Positions 8,911-17,758 of a stretch of 42,383 nucleotides of DNA are shown in pieces (position 1 is the first letter of the stretch; each line of letters begins with the position of its first letter). The stretch covers positions 1-42,383 of the forward strand of contig CALJSB010000030.1 in the NCBI GenBank assembly GCA_937976305.1, written 5' to 3'. Origin of the DNA: an uncultured Acidimicrobiales bacterium. GTDB taxonomy: Bacteria; Actinomycetota; Acidimicrobiia; Acidimicrobiales; SZUA-35. Below the pieces are notes generated by a model. The model worked only from the letters and a program-made list of their open reading frames with translations. It did no database searches and was not told the origin of the DNA. The position numbers and the translations under genes are program-made.

Positions 8911-9399
8911 CTACCCGCCGCAGCGGGCTTGTACGAACGTTTCGAGTGCGATCTCGTTCGCCGTCGAGTCTGCGAAGTCGGCTTGAAACCGCTCGAAGTT
9001 GATTCGCGTTGCGTCGCCATCAGCCTCGATGAGGACCTGCTGCAGCGTCTGCCAAACCGGCAGAATCTCAGCAATGTTGTCGGCCCATGATGCTGGCGCT
9101 GCGGCTTGGGCCGCCGTGAGGTAGCCGATCTTGGCCTCGGCGAGCGGGCCTAAATCAGTGCCAGCAGCAGTGATCGCAGGCTGCCACTGTGTGAACGTGG
9201 CGCAGAGCTGTTCGACCGACCCGGAACCCCCGCTGCTTTCTTCGGCAGTAGCTGTTGGGTCGCCGATCGAACAACTCGTTGCGACAAGCGCGAGGCACAC
9301 GGCCCCGAACGTGGCGGTGCACCCTGTCGTGCGGCGTCGTGCATTGACACGGCGCTTGTTCGTGCGGCGTGCAGCGACGCGGCGTGCAGTGACTCTCAT
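8911..9399 (-). CDS. hypothetical lipoprotein
   Basis: Basic N-terminus followed by a hydrophobic stretch and a lipobox-like LVATSC. ATG at 9397-9399 overlaps the TGA of the upstream MFS gene (ATGA). Confidence 0.6.
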   Translation of the reverse strand: MRVTARRVAARRTNKRRVNARRRTTGCTATFGAVCLALVATSCSIGDPTATAEESSGGSGSVEQLCATFTQWQPAITAAGTDLGPLAEAKIGYLTAAQAAAPASWADNIAEILPVWQTLQQVLIEADGDATRINFERFQADFADSTANEIALETFVQARCGG

Positions 9400-10607
9400 G
9401 ACTGATCCCTCCGTTTTCCCAAGGGAGTGAGAATCGCAAAGGCCACGACGCCACACCCGAGGGACGACCATAGTGTCGTCGGGTAGCCGGCCTCGTCAAT
9501 GATTGCCCCCATCAGCGGCGGGCCGATCAACCCGCCGACACCGGCTGCGGTGTAGATCAGCCCAAGAACGCCTCCCAGCCCAACGGGTCCGAAGATGTGG
9601 GCTGCGACCGCTGGTGACAGCGCGATGAAACCGCCATAGGCGACGCCGAGCACGACGGCGAACACCACCAGCATTGCGTAGCTATCGCCAGCAGCGAGCC
9701 AGATGGCGAAGCTCAATCCAAGAACGAGCACCGAGGGGCCGTAGAGCGCAGTTGCGCTCGTTCGGGCCGCGATCGCACCCATGCCGAGTCGGCCGAGCAC
9801 GGAGGCAAGGCCGATGACGCCGACGATGAGCCCCGGTGAGCCGCTGATCTCTCGACTGGCCATGTAGTCGTCCATAAACACAAAGGGCACAAACAGGGCG
9901 GTTGAGAGGGCGAGGGTGCTCAGGTACAGAATCCAGAAATCGCGCGATTTCGTGAGGTTGCCGAGGGACGGCATCTCGGCTGCGCCGCCCTGTGACCCCG
10001 GTGGACGATGAGCCCCGATCGCGGCGAGGCAGAGCAGCACGGCGCTGGCGATTCCGAAGATGACATAGGTGTCGCGCCAGCCGTAGTTGTCAACGAGTCG
10101 CTCAGCAGTTGGAGCCACAACGAGGGTGCCGACGCCGATGCCGGCGACGGCGATTCCAAGCGCTGTCGTGCGCCGTTCTTCGAACCAGCCGCCGACCGTG
10201 GCAACCATCGGCACATATGCACATGCAACTCCGATGCCAACCCCGACGCCGTAGGTGAGGTAGCCGGCCCAGAGGGTCTCGACCTGTGACGTGAGCACCA
10301 AGCCGATTGACATCGCTGCAGCGCCGGCAAGCAGCACGGGCCGGGGGCCGATCCGGTCGGCGATACGCCCGGTGCCGACACCCAGAAGGAAATACAGGAA
10401 CGTCGTGATCGAAAAGAAGAGTGCCGTGGTGCTTCGCTCTGATCCGAATTCGTCGGCCATCGGCCGGAAGAAAGCGCCAAAGCTGTAGGCGACGCCGAAG
10501 ACGGTGAACGTGGACAAGAACGTGGCAGCAACGACCTGCCAGCCCCGCGCCGACTCCACGCCATCGGCGGCCGCAGCCGCCGGCGCCTCGACCGTCTGCG
10601 ACTTCAC
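9396..10607 (-). CDS. MFS transporter (oxalate/formate antiporter-like)
   Basis: 12-TM profile and MFS motifs (GRIADRIGPRP, G-rich loops). Confidence 0.85.
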   Translation of the reverse strand: MKSQTVEAPAAAAADGVESARGWQVVAATFLSTFTVFGVAYSFGAFFRPMADEFGSERSTTALFFSITTFLYFLLGVGTGRIADRIGPRPVLLAGAAAMSIGLVLTSQVETLWAGYLTYGVGVGIGVACAYVPMVATVGGWFEERRTTALGIAVAGIGVGTLVVAPTAERLVDNYGWRDTYVIFGIASAVLLCLAAIGAHRPPGSQGGAAEMPSLGNLTKSRDFWILYLSTLALSTALFVPFVFMDDYMASREISGSPGLIVGVIGLASVLGRLGMGAIAARTSATALYGPSVLVLGLSFAIWLAAGDSYAMLVVFAVVLGVAYGGFIALSPAVAAHIFGPVGLGGVLGLIYTAAGVGGLIGPPLMGAIIDEAGYPTTLWSSLGCGVVAFAILTPLGKRRDQS

Positions 10608-10649
10608 GCGGTGTTGTCCGATGGGTCGCGGCCGGTCAATGAATCGTCG

Positions 10650-11792
10650 TCAGCCAATGGATCGTGCCCATTGCCGAATGTCGTCGACGAACATGTCTGG
10701 CTGCTCAAACGCCGCAAAGTGTCCGCCGCGATCCTGTTCGTTCCAGTACGTGATGTTCGTGTAGTTCGGCTCCATCCAATGTCGCACCGGCGTGACGATC
10801 TCCTTGGGGTGCACCGTGACACCAGTTGGGATCGTCACTGGCTCTCGTTTGATCGACCCGAAGCTCTCCCAGTAGATGCGAGCGGATGAAGCGCCGGTTC
10901 CCGTGGCCCAATACAGCATCAGATTGTCGATCAGTTCGTGCCGGTCGAGCACGTTCTCGGGGTGACCGTCGCAGTCAGTCCAGGCCCAAAACTTCTCGAG
11001 CACCCACGCCGCGAGCCCGGCGGGCGAGTCCACCAAGCTGTAGCCGACGGTTTGAGGACGCGTGCGCTGCTGTGTGGAGTAGCCAGAGTCCCACTGTTGG
11101 TAGAAGGTGGCGCCAGCGATGGCGCGCTGCTCCTCTTCGGTTGGCTCGCCGTCGATGGCTGGACTGGTGCCCATGGCCAACGTGATATGGATGCCGTCGC
11201 AATGGTCAGGGTCTTGCCACCCGATCGAGGTGGTCACCGCTGATCCCCAGTCACCGCCCTGAGCGAGGTAGTGGTCATAGCCCAGGCGAGCCATCAGTTC
11301 TTTCCACGTCAGCGCGATCTTCTCGACGCCCCAGCCGGTGGTTGTGGGTTTGCCTGAGAATCCGAAGCCGGGCAACGAGGGGCAGATCACATGGAAGGCA
11401 TCGTCGGCCGAGCCGCCGTGGGTGGTTGGGTCAGCCAGCGGCTCAATGATCTTGTGAAACTCCACGATCGATCCGGGCCAACCGTGTGTGATGAGCAGCG
11501 GTGTTGCGTTCTCATGAGGTGAGCGCTGGTGGACGAAGTGGATGTCGACACCGTCGATCTCGGTCACGAAATGATCGAAGCGATTCAGAGCAGCTTCGCG
11601 AGCCCGCCAGTCGTAGTCGTTTGCCCAGGTGTTGCACACGTCCTTGAGCCAGGCGAGCGGCGTGCCCTGGCTCCAGTCGTCAACCAGTTCGGCCTCTGGC
11701 CAGCGGGTCGCCTGGAGGCGGGCTTTGAGATCGGTGAGAATCTCGTCGCTGACAGCAATCTCGAACGATCGAATATCGGTGGATGACCCCAT
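10650..11792 (-). CDS. epoxide hydrolase (N-terminal EH domain plus alpha/beta hydrolase)
   Basis: HGWPGS oxyanion-hole motif, Asp nucleophile in GGDWGS, and a length (380 aa) typical of microsomal-type epoxide hydrolases. Confidence 0.85.
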   Translation of the reverse strand: MGSSTDIRSFEIAVSDEILTDLKARLQATRWPEAELVDDWSQGTPLAWLKDVCNTWANDYDWRAREAALNRFDHFVTEIDGVDIHFVHQRSPHENATPLLITHGWPGSIVEFHKIIEPLADPTTHGGSADDAFHVICPSLPGFGFSGKPTTTGWGVEKIALTWKELMARLGYDHYLAQGGDWGSAVTTSIGWQDPDHCDGIHITLAMGTSPAIDGEPTEEEQRAIAGATFYQQWDSGYSTQQRTRPQTVGYSLVDSPAGLAAWVLEKFWAWTDCDGHPENVLDRHELIDNLMLYWATGTGASSARIYWESFGSIKREPVTIPTGVTVHPKEIVTPVRHWMEPNYTNITYWNEQDRGGHFAAFEQPDMFVDDIRQWARSIG

Positions 11793-11855
11793 GGGGTCGC
11801 AGCTTTGTGCATCACGACCAAGCCGTCCAGATTGAACGGTCTCGCTGCGCTCTTC

Positions 11856-12758
11856 TCAGTTGCGCAACTTCCGGCGTGACCACCAGCCGAGAGCGCTTGA
11901 GGTCGACTCGAGGCGCCGGCGCAGATCGGTCGCTTGTGCTCGATGGCGATCAACTTCGAGCGCGTGGCGGGTTCGTTGCTGGTCCAATTCTTCGTGCATC
12001 TCGTCGATCTGTATTGCTCGTTCCTCAGCGAGTGCCTCAGCCACCTTCAGGCCGGTGTTGGCCTCAGCAAGGTCAGCGACGACCCTGGTCATCTCGGCCT
12101 CTTGGCCTTCGATCACCTTGTTGAGATCGATGATCTTGGTCTCGTGCTGGCTGATCGTTCGTTCGTGCGTCTCAACCTTTTGGAGCGCCCGTTCCTTCTC
12201 GATCACTGCGTCGGTGAGATCGCTGCTCATCGTGAGCAGCCGTTCGAGTAGTTCGTTCAGGCTGTCGTCGAGTCCGGAGAAGATTGACTTCGCCTCACCG
12301 TTGCCGTGGGACACAACGAGTGTGTCTTTGTTGTCGGCGCCATTGCTTGCACCCTCGAGATCGGGATCTTCTGCAGTTGCCTCGGTATGCGAGTCGTCGT
12401 CCGCCGCGGCCACGATGTTCGTGCCGTCTGTGTTGGTCGTTGCCATGGGTTGTGTTGGCGTCTCCTCGACACCGGGTGCCGCCCCTTGGTCAGTTGCTTC
12501 TTGTGGTCGTCCGGGGGAGGCGGAAGGGTGTGAGCTCACCGCCTCGTCGAGATCTCGAAGGTCGATGACCCACCCCTCTCGCTCTGCGATTGGGGCGAGC
12601 GCGTCTCGGTGAACGACCCATTCGGTGTCGTCTGAGTCGTCGAGCTTGATGGCCTCGGGCAAGTCACCACGCTTGATTCGCCGATCAAGCGCATTGATTG
12701 TTACCCCGAGCATCTTCGCGACGCGTTGAAGTTCGAAATACTGGGCTCCGCCTCCCAT
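11856..12758 (-). CDS. helix-turn-helix (MerR/excisionase-like) DNA-binding protein with an acidic linker and a long C-terminal coiled coil
   Basis: N-terminal FELQRVAKMLGVTINALDRRIKRGDLP resembles HTH_17. Residues about 170-290 are heptad-like and E/R/L-rich. Confidence 0.55.
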   Translation of the reverse strand: MGGGAQYFELQRVAKMLGVTINALDRRIKRGDLPEAIKLDDSDDTEWVVHRDALAPIAEREGWVIDLRDLDEAVSSHPSASPGRPQEATDQGAAPGVEETPTQPMATTNTDGTNIVAAADDDSHTEATAEDPDLEGASNGADNKDTLVVSHGNGEAKSIFSGLDDSLNELLERLLTMSSDLTDAVIEKERALQKVETHERTISQHETKIIDLNKVIEGQEAEMTRVVADLAEANTGLKVAEALAEERAIQIDEMHEELDQQRTRHALEVDRHRAQATDLRRRLESTSSALGWWSRRKLRN

Positions 12759-12890
12759 CGCCCCGACACTATCGACCCGATGGGCAAATCTCCACGCCGT
12801 CCATCAACAATGCCGTGTCGATTCTTTGAGTGACGCGAATGTGGCCTGAGTGGCTAACGCATCGAGCCTGGGTGATGTCACAATCCGCAG

Positions 12891-13796
12891 GTGACTGCGG
12901 TGTCGGAGGGACGGACCACTACCCGCCTTCCTCTGCTCGTCATGGGGGTTGTGGTGTTGTCGTGGGGTGCTGGGCCCCCATTCACCAAACTCGTGACCGC
13001 GTCGCCACTCGTCGGCGTGTTCATTCGCTTCGGCATCTCGTTTCCGCTGTTGTTTGCCATGGTGTACCTGCGGGGTGGCACCGTGAGCCCTGCGCTGCTC
13101 AAACGCACAGCCCTCCCAGGGATTGCGTTCGGCATCAACCTGATCTTCGTATTTGCGACACTGCAGGAGGCAACGGTGGCGGTGTTGTCGACGATGGTTG
13201 CCGTGCAGCCCGCTCTGCTGCTTCTGGTCGGTGGCCCGATCTTCGGCGAACACGCGACACGGAAACAGATTCTCTGGAGCGGCGGAGGCATTCTCGGAGC
13301 CGCCATCGTGATTATTGGCGCCGGGGCCGAGGTGAGAGCTTCGACGCTCGGACTGGTGCTCGCATTCGCCGCCATGCTCACGTTTTCGGTGTATTTTGTG
13401 CTCACTCGATTGGCTCGTTCGACCACAAACGTCGATCCGATCGAGTGGATGGCCGGTATCAATCTGTGGGCGTTCGTGGCTGGCGCTGTGCCGAGCATCT
13501 TCTTCGTCAGTCGCAGCGACTGGGCTGAGTTCGGCGGCCTCGACTGGTTGTGGATCGCCATCGTCGCCTATGTCACCGGCGTGTTCGGTCACGTTGCTAT
13601 GAGCTGGGTGCACGGGTACATCGAGGCCGCTCGGTCATCGCTGTACCTGCTCGGGATGCACCTCGTGGCCGTTGGGCTGGCCTGGCCGATCCACGATGAG
13701 CCCTTCACGCTGTTGCAGGTCCTTGGCGGCGTTGTCCTTCTCGGCTCGGTCACCGCCGTCATGCGTCTCCCGAATCGCACAGTTGCTGCGTCCTGA
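12891..13796 (+). CDS. DMT-superfamily (EamA-like) transporter
   Basis: 10-TM hydrophobic profile with two EamA-like halves. Confidence 0.75.
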   Translation: MTAVSEGRTTTRLPLLVMGVVVLSWGAGPPFTKLVTASPLVGVFIRFGISFPLLFAMVYLRGGTVSPALLKRTALPGIAFGINLIFVFATLQEATVAVLSTMVAVQPALLLLVGGPIFGEHATRKQILWSGGGILGAAIVIIGAGAEVRASTLGLVLAFAAMLTFSVYFVLTRLARSTTNVDPIEWMAGINLWAFVAGAVPSIFFVSRSDWAEFGGLDWLWIAIVAYVTGVFGHVAMSWVHGYIEAARSSLYLLGMHLVAVGLAWPIHDEPFTLLQVLGGVVLLGSVTAVMRLPNRTVAAS

Positions 13797-13858
13797 TGCC
13801 GAGTCATCTCGCGGCGCGGGTGTGGACGGGGGCGAGGTGGCCTGAGTAGCGTTCGGTC

Positions 13859-14323
13859 ATGGCCGACGATGTGTTGACTGCCGCCGCCCGCCCACAACAC
13901 CGACTCGATGACAGCGCCATCACGTGGCGCCAGTTTCCGGGATACGAGGGGCTGTATTTCTGGGTGCTCGGCGTGAACGAAACCCGCCAGAAGGTCGACT
14001 TGTATTTCCGGCTGCTTCCTGGGGCTCGCTGCCCGAGCCATCGCCACGTTGGACCAACCGACACCCTCGTGGTCGAGGGAGAGCATCGGACGTGGGCCCG
14101 CGTTGGCGACAAGTGGGAACTCGATCAAGTGCGGCCTCCGGGGTTCTTCGGCGCCAACGAAGGCGACCACCTGCACTCAGAAGAAGGCGGCGAAGAGGGA
14201 GCGATCGTGTTGTTGTCGATGACAGCGGTCGACGACGTGATTTGGGAGACGTTCGACGACGCCGGCGATCTCGTCGACACGGCCACGCTCTCCGACTTTG
14301 CCCGGGTGCTCAGCAAGCAGTAG
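13859..14323 (+). CDS. cupin-domain protein (ChrR-like cupin)
   Basis: Cupin His-containing motif (CPSHRHVGPTDTLVVEGEH). Confidence 0.6.
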   Translation: MADDVLTAAARPQHRLDDSAITWRQFPGYEGLYFWVLGVNETRQKVDLYFRLLPGARCPSHRHVGPTDTLVVEGEHRTWARVGDKWELDQVRPPGFFGANEGDHLHSEEGGEEGAIVLLSMTAVDDVIWETFDDAGDLVDTATLSDFARVLSKQ

Positions 14324-14371
14324 CTGGGCACCAAAGCCAGGCCAGCAGGCGAGAACCGACGCGCCAAGCGC

Positions 14372-15337
14372 CTAGTACGTCGACGCAGTGACGATGTTGT
14401 GGGGCGTTTCGCCGCGCTCGATGCGTTGGATGTTGGCGCCGATCACTTCGGCTGCGGTGTAGGGGTTGGTTTCACCAGCGATATGTGGCGTGACCGTCAC
14501 CCGCGGGTGGTTCCAAAGAGGGGAGTCGGCTGGGAGCGGTTCGGTGTGGAAGACGTCGAGCACCGCACCGCGTAGACCGGAAGACTCGTCGTCGACGCCA
14601 TCGTTGGCGAGCGCGGCGAGGAGCGCGCCGTCGTCGACCGTTGACCCTCGTCCAACGTTGATGAGGGCACCGGTGCCGAGCGCGGCGAGGGCGTCGGCAT
14701 CCAAGAGGTGTCTCGTCGCATCGCTCGCTGGCAACAGATTGATGACGACGTCGCATTGATCGAGAAACCGGTGGAGCTCGTCAGCCCCGATGAAGTGCTG
14801 GCCGAAGCTGGTCTGTTTGGCGCTGCGGCTCCACGTGATGATGTCGTGGCCAAACCCGGCGATGGTGTCGGCCACGACGGACCCGATGGCGCCAAAGCCG
14901 AGAATGCCGACGATTGTCTCAGGGTTTCGAGGTCCGATGGTCCAGTCGGCGTTGGGTTGCTGGCGCTGGTATTGATCAAACGAACGGCTGAAGTGCGTGA
15001 CCCAGTGCAGGCAGTATTCGGCAATGTCCTGCGACATTGCCGGGTCGACCAGACGTACGACGGGCACGCCATCTGGGACGAGGTTGAAGTCGACCTGGTC
15101 GATGCCAGCGCTCACCAGCATCAGGCCCCGCAGATTTGGATAGTTGGCCAGATCCTCCCAGTCATGCTTCCAGACGCAGAAGAACTCGACAGCCTCAGGG
15201 TCGACCGGGTCCGGCCAGAGGGTCACTTCGTGGTGGGGGAGTGCCCGGTGAAAGGCGTCGACCCAACGATCACGATTGCGGGTTGTCCGAAGAAGAATCA
15301 TCCGCCCCCAGCCAATCGCATAGGGGTCAGGTCTCAA
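14372..15337 (-). CDS. D-isomer-specific 2-hydroxyacid dehydrogenase (glyoxylate/hydroxypyruvate reductase A-like)
   Basis: NAD-binding GFGAIG, and VGRGSTVDDGAL ... H-I-A-G catalytic region. Start may be the internal M at 15301. Confidence 0.85.
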   Translation of the reverse strand: MRPDPYAIGWGRMILLRTTRNRDRWVDAFHRALPHHEVTLWPDPVDPEAVEFFCVWKHDWEDLANYPNLRGLMLVSAGIDQVDFNLVPDGVPVVRLVDPAMSQDIAEYCLHWVTHFSRSFDQYQRQQPNADWTIGPRNPETIVGILGFGAIGSVVADTIAGFGHDIITWSRSAKQTSFGQHFIGADELHRFLDQCDVVINLLPASDATRHLLDADALAALGTGALINVGRGSTVDDGALLAALANDGVDDESSGLRGAVLDVFHTEPLPADSPLWNHPRVTVTPHIAGETNPYTAAEVIGANIQRIERGETPHNIVTASTY

Positions 15338-15356
15338 ACGTTAACAACGCGAGCAG

Positions 15357-16418
15357 CTAGCGGAGTTGGGGGAGGACCTCGGTCGCGAGGCGTTCGAGGT
15401 TGGTGGCCATGAAGCTCGGGTCGATGCCTGGCGGTAGGCCAGATGAAGCGATGTCGGTGATGCCGTAGTCGTCAATGAACGAGCCGAGTTTCTCGACACA
15501 CTCGTCGACCGACCCGACGATCACGCCTTGGGGAATCGCGTCTGGGTCGCCCCATGCATAGGTGTCAGGCGTGTCGGCCATGAACGTGTCGTACACGCTC
15601 ATGCGGAAACGCTCGGCCGCTCGCAGCATGGGCCAGTCGCGCTCTTTGTCGTCGGTGACGTAGATCGAGCGGATGATGCCGTAGCGCTGCTTGGCCGGAT
15701 CCCGCCCGTCAGCCTCGAGGGCCTCGCGATAGGGGTCGAGCACCTCTGATCGTTTTCCCTGAGGGAGCAGGTGGGTGCCGAACCGGGCGGCCCGCATGGC
15801 TCCCGGCGTGCTCATCGCCGCGATCCACAGCGGCGGCCCACCCGGCTGGACAGGCTTGGGGTGCACGTCAACATCGGTCAGCGTGTAGCGCTTGCCCTCG
15901 TAGCTGAACGGGCCGTCTCCCCACGCCAGACGCAAGATGTCAATGCCTTCTTCGGTCATCGACACCCGATTCTTCAGCGGCACACCGAACGCCTTGAACT
16001 CGGCTGGCACGTATCCCATGCCGATGCCGAGCTCCATGCGCCCGTTCGAGATGTGATCGAGAATCGCCATCTCTTCGGCCAGCCGGATGGGGTGATACAG
16101 CGGAAGCAGAGCGATGTCGGTCGAGATGCGGATGTTGTTGGTGCGGGCGGCGATCGCGCCGGCCAACGGCTGGAACGCTGGCAGGTAGCCGTCTTCGAGG
16201 AAGTGGTGTTCGGTGAACCACACGTGGTCGAAGCCGAGCTCGTCGGCCAAGACGGCTTGGTCGATCGTGGCCGCGTACACGTCGGTCATCGACAGAGCGC
16301 TGTCTGGCGTGCGACGGCAGTCGTACATCACGCCGACGCGAAGCCCCGGCGTGTCGTTGTTCGCATCGTGGTTCCCCATGGCTGTCTTCTTACCGCGCTG
16401 GCTGACGCGGGTGTACAT
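15357..16418 (-). CDS. LLM-class flavin-dependent oxidoreductase (luciferase-like; possibly F420-dependent)
   Basis: Luciferase-like TIM barrel signatures (GFDHVWFTEHH, LGIGMGY). Alternative start at 16379. Confidence 0.8.
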   Translation of the reverse strand: MYTRVSQRGKKTAMGNHDANNDTPGLRVGVMYDCRRTPDSALSMTDVYAATIDQAVLADELGFDHVWFTEHHFLEDGYLPAFQPLAGAIAARTNNIRISTDIALLPLYHPIRLAEEMAILDHISNGRMELGIGMGYVPAEFKAFGVPLKNRVSMTEEGIDILRLAWGDGPFSYEGKRYTLTDVDVHPKPVQPGGPPLWIAAMSTPGAMRAARFGTHLLPQGKRSEVLDPYREALEADGRDPAKQRYGIIRSIYVTDDKERDWPMLRAAERFRMSVYDTFMADTPDTYAWGDPDAIPQGVIVGSVDECVEKLGSFIDDYGITDIASSGLPPGIDPSFMATNLERLATEVLPQLR

Positions 16419-16426
16419 TCCCGGCT

Positions 16427-17107
16427 ATGGGGACCAGCGAAGAAGATTCGGCATTCGATCTCAACGATGCCTATGGCGTTGAAACCCCGGACGACAACCG
16501 CGAGCTGTACCGCCGCTGGGCGAGCTCGTTTGACGATGGATTCGCTGCGAGCCACGGCTATGTCTACGACGACAACGTGGCCAAGGGGTTGGCCGACCGG
16601 TCGCCCGACTGGTCCCAGCCGATTCTCGACGTTGGCTGTGGAACCGGCCTCGTAGGGCTTGCGCTCTCGAAGGTCGGCGCTCGAACCCTCGACGGCATCG
16701 ATCTGTCACCCGAGATGCTCGAGTTTGCGCGAGCCAAAACCGTTGACAGCCAGCCGCTGTATCGCGATCTGTTCGAGGCCGATCTCACCCAGCCGATCAC
16801 GCTCTCGCCTGGCTCGTACGGATCGCTCGTGAGTGCTGGCACCTTCACGCATGGCCATCTCGGCCCCGAGCCGATTCCTCGCCTCGTCGAGCTGATCGCT
16901 CCCGGCGGCACGGGTGTGATCGGCGTGAACTCTGATCACTACGCCAGCGCCGGGTTCGCGGCCACGATCGATGGCCTTGTCGAGGCGGGCACCATCAAGA
17001 ACCTCGAGCTTGTGGTCGTGCGGGTGTATGACGCAGCGCTCTACACCGCGGCAGACGTCGAACACATCGACTCAACGTCAACGTTGGTCGTCTTCGCAAA
17101 GAGCTGA
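16427..17107 (+). CDS. class I SAM-dependent methyltransferase
   Basis: Motif I ILDVGCGTGLVG and a Methyltransf_11/12-like fold. Confidence 0.8.
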   Translation: MGTSEEDSAFDLNDAYGVETPDDNRELYRRWASSFDDGFAASHGYVYDDNVAKGLADRSPDWSQPILDVGCGTGLVGLALSKVGARTLDGIDLSPEMLEFARAKTVDSQPLYRDLFEADLTQPITLSPGSYGSLVSAGTFTHGHLGPEPIPRLVELIAPGGTGVIGVNSDHYASAGFAATIDGLVEAGTIKNLELVVVRVYDAALYTAADVEHIDSTSTLVVFAKS

Positions 17108-17113
17108 GCAACG

Positions 17114-17755
17114 TCACGACGGCTCTGACCCTCGCACGATCCGGACTCCCCGACCGCGCACGATCTCAATCACGTCGTTGGACGAGGATGTTTCGCGCAG
17201 GCGTGCCCGCAGGCGCTTGATCAGTGCGGTCACGGAATCGTCGGTGACGCCGTCGGCAGCAGCATCCTCCCAAACCTCAGCAACGAGATCGGGCCGTGAC
17301 ACGATGGCTCCGTCGGCCCGATCGAGCACCTTGAGTAAGCTGAGCTGGCGAGCCGACAGAGGTGGCTCGACAAGCCGAGCATCGAGCCAGACATCGTCGT
17401 TGTCCGGATCGATCCACACCCCCGCCAAGCGGCCGAGGCGGGGCACGGTTGGGGTCGCCATCGGATCCGAGAACGTAAGTTGGATCGTTCCGCCGAGCAG
17501 GATCTGATCTCCATCAACGAGTCGACGTTTCGCACCTGGAACCAATAGCTCTCCGTTGACCGCCGTGCCGTTGCGGCTCTCGAGGTCGGTGAGGATGGCC
17601 TGACCGAACTCGAACTGAAGCTCACAGTGGCGCCTCGACACTGCGTCAACGGCGATGGTGATATCTGCCTCGGGTGACCGCCCGATCGACGTCGACTCTT
17701 GCAGCTTCCACGACTGTTCTGACTCGACGAGTCGGAGTTCTCCGAACACGGCCAT
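17114..17755 (-). CDS. FHA-domain transcriptional regulator with C-terminal OmpR/PhoB-type winged-helix DNA-binding domain
   Basis: N-terminal FHA (SIGRSPEADITI ... SRRHCEL ... SRNGTAVNG). C-terminal trans_reg_C-like (LSARQLSLLKVL ... GRGVRIV). Confidence 0.7.
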   Translation of the reverse strand: MAVFGELRLVESEQSWKLQESTSIGRSPEADITIAVDAVSRRHCELQFEFGQAILTDLESRNGTAVNGELLVPGAKRRLVDGDQILLGGTIQLTFSDPMATPTVPRLGRLAGVWIDPDNDDVWLDARLVEPPLSARQLSLLKVLDRADGAIVSRPDLVAEVWEDAAADGVTDDSVTALIKRLRARLRETSSSNDVIEIVRGRGVRIVRGSEPS

Positions 17756-17758
17756 CAG

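Noticed and set aside
8532-9074. 180-aa minus-strand ORF and plus-strand ORFs 8721..9002 and 8764..9090
   Set aside because: Arg-rich translations overlapping the better-supported lipoprotein gene (8911..9399). No motifs.
12804-13613. ORFs antisense to the DMT transporter gene (12804..13613, 12878..13561, 12830..13528)
   Set aside because: Shadow frames of a gene with a clear 10-TM profile. Arg/His-rich composition.
15771-16655. 294-aa plus-strand ORF antisense to the LLM oxidoreductase
   Set aside because: The minus-strand gene has strong family motifs. The plus-strand translation is Arg/Gly/Val-rich and overlaps the well-supported methyltransferase start.
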